Source: a virus. Taken from it: DNA of 64,000 nucleotides. The notes below the pieces were generated by a model. That model saw only the letters and a program-made list of their open reading frames with translations. It was not told the DNA's origin and did not search any database. How positions within the stretch are numbered: position 1 is the stretch's first letter; every line of letters begins with the position of its first letter. The position numbers and the translations under genes were made by a program. This document shows positions 9,168 to 18,205 of this stretch, piece after piece. The stretch lies in UHGV virus genome UHGV-1550212; one strand, 5' to 3'.

Positions 9168-10961
9168 TCAATTTTGTGTTGCAACGTCATCAGTCTTGTT
9201 ATCAACTGGCTCATCGTCGACATGTGTATCAACATCAATGCCAGAAGCTGCAGCAAGTGAAACATCATTAGCGACGCCTTGTTGTTCAAGTTGTTGTTGA
9301 GCTTGCTTTGTTTGAATTGCGACAAGTCTTGCAGCTTCCATTGCAAGCTTAAGATTCTCTTGAAGTTCGATATCAAGCTGTTCAGCATTAGCTTGCATGT
9401 CTTCTTTGCTTAAGCCAAGATACTTGTTGATAAGCCAATTGCTTGAGAAGAATGGGCGTTCAGTATCAGACATGTTAAGTGAACGAACAAGTGAACTGCG
9501 AATGTCTTCGATTGTATGAATACGCTTCTGAAGCAATGTGAGCTCCATTTGCGTCTGGAAATGATTGTATCTATTGAATTTGAGTTTTAGCGCATTCAAA
9601 ACTTCATTGTCGCCAATGTAGTTATTGTTTTTGATGCACATCAAAACATACACAGGCTTCAATATGATTGCAATGCCAAATCTACGCATCAAAGCTGAAA
9701 TAAAGATTGCAAAACGACGCTCATCACGCTGAATTGACTCTTCAGAAACATTCCACATGCCACCGCCATCATCGAATCTGCTTAGAGGCAGCTTTGACAG
9801 ACGTTGTAAGTTATTGCGGAAATATGTGACTGCTGAAGTATCAGATAAGTCAGGCATGCCTGTGCCAATTGTTTGAATGTTGGGTTTGCCTGCATTAGTG
9901 TCAGCCATCCAAAATTCGCTATTGAAAGGCACAGATGCTTCGCCATTAACTTGGAGTTCGCCGGTTTGATTGTCGAATTCAATTTTTTCGTGGTACTTAT
10001 TCATTGCTTTACGCAATGTTTCCTGTGCAGCAGCTTTCAGTTTACCGCCAGTAGGAATTGTGATAAGTGAACGAAAACGAGAAGCTGTCGTAGCATATGC
10101 AATGCGACTTCGCTCCAAAATCCTGAGCAAGTTGAATGCACGAACAAGACGCTCAAAATATGACATAGACCCAACCATGTCATCGTTCCACTGCAAATAT
10201 GCTACTTGCGAATCAAGCAAGTTGATTTTTTCTGAGTTGTTAGACACAAATGCTGGTGCTTTGACATCAAACATTGTATGTGTCTTGAACATATCTTGTT
10301 GAGACTTATCATACTGCCAGAAGAACATTTCACCCTTCTTCATAGGCGTCAATGCAAATGCATTCAACTTTTTGATGCCAACAATATCAGTCGGCTCATC
10401 TGCATTATCAAACACAATCTCATAGCCAAGTCTGCCTCGTACAAGATATTCACGCAACAATGCTCTAACATCTTGTTTGCGAGGTTCAGAGTTCAACCCA
10501 TTGAATGCATACATCAAATAGACTTGCTTGAATGCATCCATAAAGTCATCTTTGATTGTCTGCTTTGCTGTGTCGTCTATCTCAAGTTTATCGATGTCAC
10601 AAAAATCAGGCTCGCAAAAGAAATTACTATCGGAATTGAACACGATGCACTCATCAATCATGCGGTCAAGAATGTCGTCGAGTTCCGGTTCTGCACTTAA
10701 GATGTCATATTTTTTGGCTCGAAGATAACTTGTCAATCCAAAAAGATTCTTTTTAGGTGACTCTTTCTGATTGAACACGTCATCAGTAGACAACACAACA
10801 ACTTCTTGGTCATTGATGTTATGCTCACCTGTATATGCTGCTTTCTCCAAATCTGCATCAGACCCAGACTTGTGCACATTCAATTGCTGCAATGGACTGT
10901 CTTTCGGAATTGAGCGTAATGCATCAGTTCCCAGATATGTTCGTTTGGTCTTTTTAGCCAT
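9168..10961 (-). CDS. Portal-like protein (T4 gp20-like), 597 aa
   Basis: ATG at 10961; ...SEFWMADTNAGKP...YFRNNLQRLSKLPLSRFDD resembles portal core motif (VPLSRI region) as recalled. Confidence 0.55.
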   Translation of the reverse strand: MAKKTKRTYLGTDALRSIPKDSPLQQLNVHKSGSDADLEKAAYTGEHNINDQEVVVLSTDDVFNQKESPKKNLFGLTSYLRAKKYDILSAEPELDDILDRMIDECIVFNSDSNFFCEPDFCDIDKLEIDDTAKQTIKDDFMDAFKQVYLMYAFNGLNSEPRKQDVRALLREYLVRGRLGYEIVFDNADEPTDIVGIKKLNAFALTPMKKGEMFFWQYDKSQQDMFKTHTMFDVKAPAFVSNNSEKINLLDSQVAYLQWNDDMVGSMSYFERLVRAFNLLRILERSRIAYATTASRFRSLITIPTGGKLKAAAQETLRKAMNKYHEKIEFDNQTGELQVNGEASVPFNSEFWMADTNAGKPNIQTIGTGMPDLSDTSAVTYFRNNLQRLSKLPLSRFDDGGGMWNVSEESIQRDERRFAIFISALMRRFGIAIILKPVYVLMCIKNNNYIGDNEVLNALKLKFNRYNHFQTQMELTLLQKRIHTIEDIRSSLVRSLNMSDTERPFFSSNWLINKYLGLSKEDMQANAEQLDIELQENLKLAMEAARLVAIQTKQAQQQLEQQGVANDVSLAAASGIDVDTHVDDEPVDNKTDDVATQN

Positions 10962-10981
10962 TTTTGTATTGCTTTGAATAT

Positions 10982-12220
10982 CTATACACGTCTTGTCAAT
11001 TTGACATGACCGCAGTCATCTGCAAGCAGTTTAACATGACCGCAGTCATCTGCAAGCAGTTTAACATGACCGCAGTCATAAACTTTGACGAAGCCTGCAT
11101 CAATCATAGTTTGCTCATCATGATTGCAGTCAAGCACATGTGTATGAGTTTTCATATTGTACCAATGCAAGCCGATGTAAAAGTCAGTCTTGTGATATGC
11201 GTCAGTATATAATCGTGGGTCATCTATAGACAAATCAAGTTCGACGCAGTCAGCAGTCTGCAGTTGTTCTGTGTCAGTTAGCAATGATTTGACAAGCTTG
11301 ACTACAGCATCAAATGACATCCAATCAAATACAGTGATGCATCTATAGCCATGTTGCATAGCTGTGCAACATTTGTCAAAATGCGTAGTTGATGCAATTG
11401 GCTTGTTGACTGTAGAACGACCAGTAGCAAAATCAAATGCAAATGTGCTGTTATGCGTAAATGACGGATTGACATCAATTAGCAAATTGTCATATCGCAA
11501 ATCAAATGCGTAGCAATCTACGTCATGTTCATATTCAAAATCAACACCAGTATGCTCAAGTAGCATATCATGTAACAAGACGTTTGGCTTTGTAATGATT
11601 TTGCCATTTGCAAGTCTGCACTTCTGAGTTAAACAATGCCAAGGCACGCCATATCGTTCAAGTGTAGTGTTGCTAATCTTCTGCAAATTGCCAAAACCGC
11701 TGCCATAGCGTAATTGCTTTGTGACTGTTTGCTGTGCAACATTACCATTAGCATGACCAAACTTGTTGATGTTTGTTTGCTTGCGCTTAGCATTTGCAGT
11801 TGCAATATCAACAGATTCAAGTGACTCAAGAAATTTTGACATGTCGCCAAGCCCATTGCCATATAGTTGACGTTTAGTGTCAACAACTTTTGTCATGTTC
11901 CAGTGCTTGTAGCCATATCGAGCTTCTTTTGTCGCAAATGCTTTGTCATAGTTGCCAAAGCCTGCATGACCATATCGTTCAACTTTTGTTGCAGCAATTT
12001 TGTCTGAGACTTCTTTAAGCTGATGTTTGTATTCAACGCCAAACTTGCGCAAATTTGATATGCGAATGTTGAACACTCGTTTGACTTTTGTATGCGTAGA
12101 GCCTTTGTCAAGCTTTGCATATGGAATTTGTGCAAGTGCAGCGTCTCTTTCATCTTCAAGCTCTCTTATTCGAGCTTCAAGTGCATCACCAGCCAAAACT
12201 TCTATGCGTATAGTCTGCAT
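10982..12220 (-). CDS. Repeat/nuclease-like protein: coiled-coil N-terminus, 6-7 degenerate TK-x-(E/A)RYG repeats, C-terminal LLIDVNP..THNS domain; candidate free-standing homing endonuclease
   Basis: 412 aa; GDALEARIRELEDERD, repeated ...TKVERYG...TKEARYG...RQLYG...TLERYG; paralog of 16405..17604; C-terminal 30 aa is a triplicated decapeptide. Confidence 0.6.
   Translation of the reverse strand: MQTIRIEVLAGDALEARIRELEDERDAALAQIPYAKLDKGSTHTKVKRVFNIRISNLRKFGVEYKHQLKEVSDKIAATKVERYGHAGFGNYDKAFATKEARYGYKHWNMTKVVDTKRQLYGNGLGDMSKFLESLESVDIATANAKRKQTNINKFGHANGNVAQQTVTKQLRYGSGFGNLQKISNTTLERYGVPWHCLTQKCRLANGKIITKPNVLLHDMLLEHTGVDFEYEHDVDCYAFDLRYDNLLIDVNPSFTHNSTFAFDFATGRSTVNKPIASTTHFDKCCTAMQHGYRCITVFDWMSFDAVVKLVKSLLTDTEQLQTADCVELDLSIDDPRLYTDAYHKTDFYIGLHWYNMKTHTHVLDCNHDEQTMIDAGFVKVYDCGHVKLLADDCGHVKLLADDCGHVKLTRRV
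11004..11079 (-). repeat. Perfect 30-bp tandem repeat x2.5 at the 3' end of CDS 10982..12220
   Basis: Unit ACATGACCGCAGTCATCTGCAAGCAGTTTA; encodes DDCGHVKLLA x3; each unit carries inverted repeat ATGAC-CGCA-GTCAT. Confidence 0.9.
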
Positions 12221-12279
12221 TGCAATTTGTTGTCAAATCGCGAACTTCATATGTTGTCATTGACTCATTCATAGTCGCA

Positions 12280-13026
12280 TCAAATCATTCTGTTATCACT
12301 AACTGCAAAGTTGATATTGTTGTCTTTCAGATATTGCATGTATCGCTGAAAAATCTGGTCAGCTGTCAGTTTTTCATAATGATTCGATGGAATGAAGATT
12401 GCTTTAGACCAATCTTCATATTTGAACTCAATCAAGCCTGTCATTCGTGGTGGCAAATATGAACGAAATGCGAATGCTGCGCCATACTTTGTGACAAGTG
12501 AGCCAACTTGCTGCCATGTCATATGCACTGCAGTTTGTTCAGAACGATACATCTCGCCTTTGTATTTAGACGCAAATGCTTTGAAGACAGTCTCAATGAC
12601 AAGAAAACGAACTTCAAGAGGCAAGTGGTGCAAGTTTACACCCATGCTGACTACTGAGCCGTCCTTTGCAATATAATACGACAATGACAAAATTAACGGC
12701 GCGCAGTCGTACCAATCAAGTACATCTGCATGCTTTGGATTGTCATACACAAACATGTACAATTTCCCAGGTTCCATGTACTTTCTGCGAATCTGCACAT
12801 CAGGATTCGTAGCATATGATTTGAACCATGCAGCAGCTTCTCTACCACCGTTTGGCATTTTGTACCATGGATTGCTTCGAATTTCTTTGCCAAGGTCATA
12901 TTGACCGGACTTTACCAAACGATTGAATAATCGTTGTGCTGCAGTCAATATTGAACGTCCTACTGACTTCGCTTTGTCAATAAAAGACGTTTTTGCTTGT
13001 GTATCTAATGAATTAAACTTGGGCAT
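12280..13026 (-). CDS. Hypothetical protein (248 aa)
   Basis: Track ORF 12280..13041 trimmed to ATG (MPKFNSL). Confidence 0.6.
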   Translation of the reverse strand: MPKFNSLDTQAKTSFIDKAKSVGRSILTAAQRLFNRLVKSGQYDLGKEIRSNPWYKMPNGGREAAAWFKSYATNPDVQIRRKYMEPGKLYMFVYDNPKHADVLDWYDCAPLILSLSYYIAKDGSVVSMGVNLHHLPLEVRFLVIETVFKAFASKYKGEMYRSEQTAVHMTWQQVGSLVTKYGAAFAFRSYLPPRMTGLIEFKYEDWSKAIFIPSNHYEKLTADQIFQRYMQYLKDNNINFAVSDNRMI

Positions 13027-13044
13027 ATCTTTATGCAGCAATTA

Positions 13045-13191
13045 TTATCGTTTCGGCTTTGTGACTACATGCCAAGCATTGCATTCTTGACACCACACAG
13101 CTCTCTTTGCTTGTTTAGCGTTTAGCACTGCTTGCTTAGCTACTTCTGCATTTGCAGCAATCTTGTCATAGCATTTCTTTGAGCAACTCAT
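13045..13191 (-). CDS. Small Cys-rich protein (48 aa)
   Basis: Internal ATG of ORF 13045..13323 overlapping upstream stop as ATGA; MSCSKKCYDK...CQECNAWH. Confidence 0.4.
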   Translation of the reverse strand: MSCSKKCYDKIAANAEVAKQAVLNAKQAKRAVWCQECNAWHVVTKPKR

Positions 13192-13628
13192 TTGAAGAAT
13201 CGTTCTGTAATGATTTTGAACTTGATATTTTGTTGTTTGCAGTATGCAATGGTGGCATTCCACTTCGCAACATTTTTGCGATATGTTTCTTTCGCATAAT
13301 TTGATGCTGACCGACTTGGACATTGTGTTTCATGCCACGGTTTCACTTCAACGATATATGTAGAATCTGCAGTTTTGAACAAAAAGTCAGGCCAATATGT
13401 ATGAGTTACGCCATCAAGCTCATATACAATTGGCAGAGTCTCAGATGACCAAGCAAGCACTTTTGAACTCATGTCACAAAGCTTGCAAAATCTGAATTCA
13501 AGTGAACTGCGGTATATGATTGTCTTGTCTGTCGCATCTTTGCCTTTGTACTTATCTGGGTTCATACATCTGTAGTAGCCTTGCTTATACGGTCCAGATT
13601 TGTTTGGCTTAAGTTGCTTAATGTTCAT
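13188..13628 (-). CDS. PD-(D/E)xK-type nuclease-like protein
   Basis: ...YWPDFLFKTADSTYIVEVKPWHE (D...E-V-K motif); 146 aa. Confidence 0.5.
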   Translation of the reverse strand: MNIKQLKPNKSGPYKQGYYRCMNPDKYKGKDATDKTIIYRSSLEFRFCKLCDMSSKVLAWSSETLPIVYELDGVTHTYWPDFLFKTADSTYIVEVKPWHETQCPSRSASNYAKETYRKNVAKWNATIAYCKQQNIKFKIITERFFK

Positions 13629-13633
13629 TGCAG

Positions 13634-13879
13634 TCACTCATTGTCAGGTTTGACGTCTTTGCAGCCAAACTTATGAACAGCATATTCAAGACCAAGTCGT
13701 TGCAATTCTGCAAATGTCTTGTCTTGTATGTATTCCTTTGGAAATCTGCCATGCCATTTGCCTATTGTAGGCGCACATTCTGAACACATTCGAGGCTTAT
13801 TTTGTAAACGTGCAGACCAATAATAGCCAAGCGCAGTATTTTCAATTGCGCCACACTTTTCACATACAAATAAAGGCAT
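13634..13879 (-). CDS. Zinc-ribbon protein (81 aa)
   Basis: CEKC...CSEC paired Cys motifs. Confidence 0.5.
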   Translation of the reverse strand: MPLFVCEKCGAIENTALGYYWSARLQNKPRMCSECAPTIGKWHGRFPKEYIQDKTFAELQRLGLEYAVHKFGCKDVKPDNE

Positions 13880-13883
13880 GATG

Positions 13884-15263
13884 TCAACTGTTTACTTCCC
13901 ACATGTTATCAATATCAAGTACAGGCCACATTCTACGTTGAAGCTCAACTGTTTGTGACAGTTTGCCTGACTTTGTGTAGTTCCATTTCAATGCAGTGCT
14001 TATGTATTTGCCGCTCAATCGCAAGTTCTTTGCATTCTGAGATACGCTTGGCTGTCGCTTTGGCGAATCTGTTGCTTTCTCATCAGGTTTTGTTGGCTCT
14101 TCAAGCTTGTTCTTGATTGACCATATCTCAACGTTGAGTGTTTTGAATGCATATAGCTGGTTCAGTGTTCGTTGTAATGTGCACGACAAAATTACTCTAT
14201 CAAGCATGCCTTGAGACCAATCATACATTGCAGCAGCTTCATAAAAGTGCTCATGCACATTTGAGTGGTCTGGGTCTCGTTTAGCAAGTTGAATTGCAGT
14301 CTGCTCTGTGTAATCTGCAAAAGTGTCCCAAATCTTATCTGTAGATTCTTGTTTGATGACAGGCTGTGATGTTTGCGCGTATATGCTTTGTTCACCTAAA
14401 TTGTGCTGCATTGACACAACATTAACCGCTGATGGTCTGCGCATAGATGTTGAATTGTATGTCATGCCATATTTTGTGAATCTTGACATCCAATTTTCAC
14501 CATTGACATTGTTATTCAAGATGAGCTTTTGCGGCTTTGGTAATTCTTTGCCGTCAATGTTATCAATTGTTATTGTGTCATCAAGCGGAGTCTCTTCCAT
14601 TTCTGCAAACACATCAACAATCGTCAAACGATACCAAGGGTCAATGAATGCTTTGACAACTTTGTTTTTACCAAGCCACATATGTCGTAATACATGACGT
14701 TTAATGAAGCTTAGATATGTTTCATTGCATTGCAGCCATGTCATTTTGTCATCTGTGCCATCAATGTTTGTGACAAGTCCAAGACCTGTATCTTCGCAAA
14801 TCTTCTTTATGACATCAATGCTTGTCATGTCATCAAATGATTGAACCATTGTTTGCTTCAATGCATCATCGACAAACAAATGTGCAGAAATTCGAATGTT
14901 GCCATTGTCTTGTTCTGCATTATCAATCAAAAAGTCGGCTTTGATGACCTTAAATTCTGTGTCAGCAGTGTTGCCAATGTAAAGCGTTGCGATGTCATGC
15001 ACAAGCGGAAAGTCATTGAACATAAAGTTCGCATTGTCATTAAATGACAACTCAAACTGCGGCAAAAAATCTTTGCCATATGACAGCTCAAAGTACTGAA
15101 TTGACCCAAAGGGCACATTCGTGTTGCACACATACACAAGTGGCACAAGTTTACCTGCAGACTTCAGCACAGATTTTGTCGAGTCTTCATTGACAGGGTC
15201 ATAGTTGACCATTATGTCTCGCACTTCATCAATCAAAGTGCCCTTCAAAACTTCTTTGAGCAT
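13884..15263 (-). CDS. Hypothetical protein, probable virion/morphogenesis component (459 aa)
   Basis: Long ORF, ATG start, in structural gene run; no motif recognised. Confidence 0.6.
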   Translation of the reverse strand: MLKEVLKGTLIDEVRDIMVNYDPVNEDSTKSVLKSAGKLVPLVYVCNTNVPFGSIQYFELSYGKDFLPQFELSFNDNANFMFNDFPLVHDIATLYIGNTADTEFKVIKADFLIDNAEQDNGNIRISAHLFVDDALKQTMVQSFDDMTSIDVIKKICEDTGLGLVTNIDGTDDKMTWLQCNETYLSFIKRHVLRHMWLGKNKVVKAFIDPWYRLTIVDVFAEMEETPLDDTITIDNIDGKELPKPQKLILNNNVNGENWMSRFTKYGMTYNSTSMRRPSAVNVVSMQHNLGEQSIYAQTSQPVIKQESTDKIWDTFADYTEQTAIQLAKRDPDHSNVHEHFYEAAAMYDWSQGMLDRVILSCTLQRTLNQLYAFKTLNVEIWSIKNKLEEPTKPDEKATDSPKRQPSVSQNAKNLRLSGKYISTALKWNYTKSGKLSQTVELQRRMWPVLDIDNMWEVNS

Positions 15264-15264
15264 G

Positions 15265-15729
15265 TCAGAAGATGATTTTGCCTGCTTGCTGATTGATAAT
15301 TACATGTGATGTGCTTCGCCTGTTTGCGACAATTGATGCATTAGATGCTTGTGCTTCAACTTTGTCTGTTGTAGTTTTATTGACTGTCTGTGGAACTGTT
15401 TTTGCATCTGCATTCTGCTTGTATGTCAGCACTGTTATGGCATCATATACAGAAGTCTCAGGCACAAGCAAGATGTCATTAGGCTCAAAATCAAATGGGG
15501 ACTTGCGATTGTTGAATGTCATCAATTGCTCAATGCCGCGTTTATGCGCGTATACGTACTCAGATAAGCCAATAGGATTTGCTGCATACACAGGATGCAC
15601 AAGAGCAACACCGCCGACACCGACAGTGTCAAATTGTCTTGATTGCGTAGCTGTTATGGGTTCATCTGAGTGCAATGTAACATTGTCAAGCAATGGCATT
15701 GCAACATCATCATAATTATCTGTGACCAT
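15265..15729 (-). CDS. Hypothetical protein (154 aa)
   Basis: ATG start; start overlaps downstream gene stop. Confidence 0.6.
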   Translation of the reverse strand: MVTDNYDDVAMPLLDNVTLHSDEPITATQSRQFDTVGVGGVALVHPVYAANPIGLSEYVYAHKRGIEQLMTFNNRKSPFDFEPNDILLVPETSVYDAITVLTYKQNADAKTVPQTVNKTTTDKVEAQASNASIVANRRSTSHVIINQQAGKIIF

Positions 15730-15781
15730 GGTAGATGTGGTTTATGCTTATGAGATTGAGACATGAAATTGAACATCAATG

Positions 15782-16405
15782 TTATGCATTGGCAATTTCA
15801 GATGGCATTCTGAACTTGATGTCATTATACACAAATGTCAATGTGAATGTCATCACGTTCTGGTCTACACGAGTTTTGTCATATGTGAGTTCTGAAATTG
15901 CAGAAAACACGACATCAATGAAGTCGATGCCAAACAATGGTTTCTTTGCACCGCCATATGTCGCTACAAATCTGCAGGGCTGAAAGTAGATAGTTTCGCG
16001 TTTATCGTTAGCGTATCTGAACAAACTCTCTAAGCAACAAAAATAGCTTAAACCACCATTCGTCAATCTGCATGTCACCTGGATTCGCTTATCAAGTGCT
16101 TGATGAATTGTCTTGCTGCCCTTATGAAACTGTGTAATTGACTTCTTCATGCCACTGTCATCAAGAACTTTATTGACATTCTGAGTAACAATTGGCATCG
16201 ATATGCCCATCAATGACACAGACTGAATTGAATCATGCAACAAGTCATTGATGTCATAAATGATTTGTGTTGGTTGTTGCACAAACACTTTATTGTAAGT
16301 ATCAGCAATATCTTGCGGAATCAAATCAATTGGCAAGTCAAAGCGAAACTGGTCTGACCGTGTATCGAGAATGAGCATATTTTTGATAATTTGTTTATGT
16401 ACCAT
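15782..16405 (-). CDS. Hypothetical protein (207 aa)
   Basis: ATG at 16405 overlaps stop of upstream gene (TAATG). Confidence 0.6.
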   Translation of the reverse strand: MVHKQIIKNMLILDTRSDQFRFDLPIDLIPQDIADTYNKVFVQQPTQIIYDINDLLHDSIQSVSLMGISMPIVTQNVNKVLDDSGMKKSITQFHKGSKTIHQALDKRIQVTCRLTNGGLSYFCCLESLFRYANDKRETIYFQPCRFVATYGGAKKPLFGIDFIDVVFSAISELTYDKTRVDQNVMTFTLTFVYNDIKFRMPSEIANA

Positions 16406-17604
16406 TAACTGTCATACGACCAGTGACCACAGTCATACACTGGCACAAATCCAGTGTCAAGCATTTCTTGCTCAATAAAGCCATCATCAAGCAAATGTTC
16501 ACCTGACTTCGTATTGACCCAATGCTTCTTAATTGTGCATTCATCAACCACAAAGGGATTAAGTGCATTGTCAGTGCAATCAATGAACACATTATTCAAA
16601 TGCGCGTCAATGACATGCAGCACAATTTCTGGGTTGTGCCAATCAAATATCATAAGTGGCGTGTAGCCACATACAATTGCAAGTTGTTGCTTCCACCAAT
16701 GATAGTTTGGCTGTTTTGCTTCTGCGGCATTTCGTTTAAAGCCATACACGCTATTATGAGTATGCGTCGGGTTAACGTCAATTAGCAGATTGCCATAATA
16801 CAGGTCATATGATGTTATGCCAACATCATGTTCAAACTCAAAATGCACACCAAGATGTTCTTCAATGTATGATTGCCACCATCTGTTTGGCGCAGATATG
16901 ATTTGCCCATTTGCTTGCATACATTTATTTGTCATGCAAAACCATGGCACACCGTAACGTTCCATACAGGTTTTTGAAATTGCAGCAAGCCATTCATCTT
17001 TGTCTCTATGCGGCCATGCATAACCATAACGCAGACGACATGTTTGTTGAGCTTTAGCAACGATTGGCGCTAAACGTTCACCGTATATTTCACGTTTAGT
17101 TGCGATGGCTTTGCGTGGATTAGTCCATCCAGCATCACCCCATCGCTCAAGCTTCGTTTGCTGAGATTTTTCAACAATCAGTTCAAGATTCTCACCATAT
17201 TTTTGACGACGAGTTTGCATTGCTGCAACATAATCTGTAATGCATCTATGGCCATACAAACGTTCTTTTGTCGCACTATGTGCTTTATCGCCATATGAAC
17301 TGCCGTAGCGTGCAACTTTAGTGGCAATTGTTTGCTTGATGTTGCCTGCTTTAGAACCATAACGAGCTTCTTTAGTTGCTACGCATTTTTGTTTGACTTC
17401 TGCTCTGTTCCAATTATGCTCAACGCCATGTTTACGAAGATGGCCAATTTTCATGTTGTACACGTTTTTGATATGACCATGAGATGTCTTACGTGGTGCA
17501 TATCGTACAAATGGTGTTTCTGCAAGCAACTTATCTCGTTCAGCTTCAAGCTCTTTAATTCGAGCTTCAAGAGCTTCACCAGTCAAATGCTCTACATGTT
17601 TCAT
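16405..17604 (-). CDS. Repeat/nuclease-like protein, paralog of 10982..12220 (399 aa)
   Basis: GEALEARIKELEAERD; repeats ...TKEARYG...TKVARYG...KERLYG...REIYG...RLRYG...MERYG; C-terminus ...NLLIDVNPTHTHNS. Confidence 0.6.
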   Translation of the reverse strand: MKHVEHLTGEALEARIKELEAERDKLLAETPFVRYAPRKTSHGHIKNVYNMKIGHLRKHGVEHNWNRAEVKQKCVATKEARYGSKAGNIKQTIATKVARYGSSYGDKAHSATKERLYGHRCITDYVAAMQTRRQKYGENLELIVEKSQQTKLERWGDAGWTNPRKAIATKREIYGERLAPIVAKAQQTCRLRYGYAWPHRDKDEWLAAISKTCMERYGVPWFCMTNKCMQANGQIISAPNRWWQSYIEEHLGVHFEFEHDVGITSYDLYYGNLLIDVNPTHTHNSVYGFKRNAAEAKQPNYHWWKQQLAIVCGYTPLMIFDWHNPEIVLHVIDAHLNNVFIDCTDNALNPFVVDECTIKKHWVNTKSGEHLLDDGFIEQEMLDTGFVPVYDCGHWSYDS

Positions 17605-18101
17605 TCGTGTTTGCCAGTTTGAAATAACGAATCAATTGGGATGTGAATACCAGGTTTGGATTGAATGTTCCATCCGCGCGCCAAACCATTAAGTACGCAG
17701 CTCGTAAGGTAAGAAAACGCGTTTTGAGTTACTGTTGGGTCAAACATTTGCCACTTTGACGCCAAAATTAACATGGCTTCTGCTGCGACATCTGCTTGTA
17801 AGTCTTTGTCCCTGTAGTATAAACGTCTCTGCACATGTTTGATAAGCAACTCAAACATGTGTATAAGTTTATTTGACAGCTGTCCAGATACTTTGCATGC
17901 GCATATTTCTGCACAAAGTTCTTTGCTGTTGATGTAATAGTTTGATGGCTGACCTCGCTTCTTTGTGTTTGCAGCTTCTTCACGAAGTTGGTCTTCAAGT
18001 TGTGTCAACATGTCATCATCTGACACGTATTGAATATGCTTGTCTTCTGGTAGTTTAGATTCTATTGGTTGTAAGTTTTGCAGTGGCATAGCAGTGAGCA
18101 T
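17601..18101 (-). CDS. Late-transcription sigma factor-like protein (T4 gp55-like)
   Basis: ...SNYYINSKELCAEICACK...NAFSYLTSCVLNGLARGW resembles the gp55 pattern as recalled; start chosen at ATG 18101, downstream of promoter motif (alternatives 18140, 18089). Confidence 0.4.
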   Translation of the reverse strand: MLTAMPLQNLQPIESKLPEDKHIQYVSDDDMLTQLEDQLREEAANTKKRGQPSNYYINSKELCAEICACKVSGQLSNKLIHMFELLIKHVQRRLYYRDKDLQADVAAEAMLILASKWQMFDPTVTQNAFSYLTSCVLNGLARGWNIQSKPGIHIPIDSLFQTGKHE

Positions 18102-18117
18102 TAAAATTCCTATATAA

Positions 18118-18146
18118 ATTGTACAACGCTTTGTGCACATTTGCAA
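18118..18146 (-). promoter_or_regulatory. Sigma70-like promoter (sense: TTGCAA-N17-TACAAT)
   Basis: Direct reading; upstream of sigma-like gene. Confidence 0.45.
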
Positions 18147-18155
18147 TCATAAAAA

Positions 18156-18179
18156 AGCTCAGCCAATTACGGCTGAGCT
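18156..18179 (-). terminator. Intrinsic terminator after 18206..19495
   Basis: AGCTCAGCC-AATTAC-GGCTGAGCT; A5 on plus = U-tract on sense. Confidence 0.55.
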
Positions 18180-18205
18180 TTCATTGAGATGCGTCTTGTC
18201 TGCCA

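Noticed and set aside
11004-11079. Possible CRISPR array
   Set aside because: Only 2.5 directly abutting copies with no spacers, inside a coding region; no cas genes.
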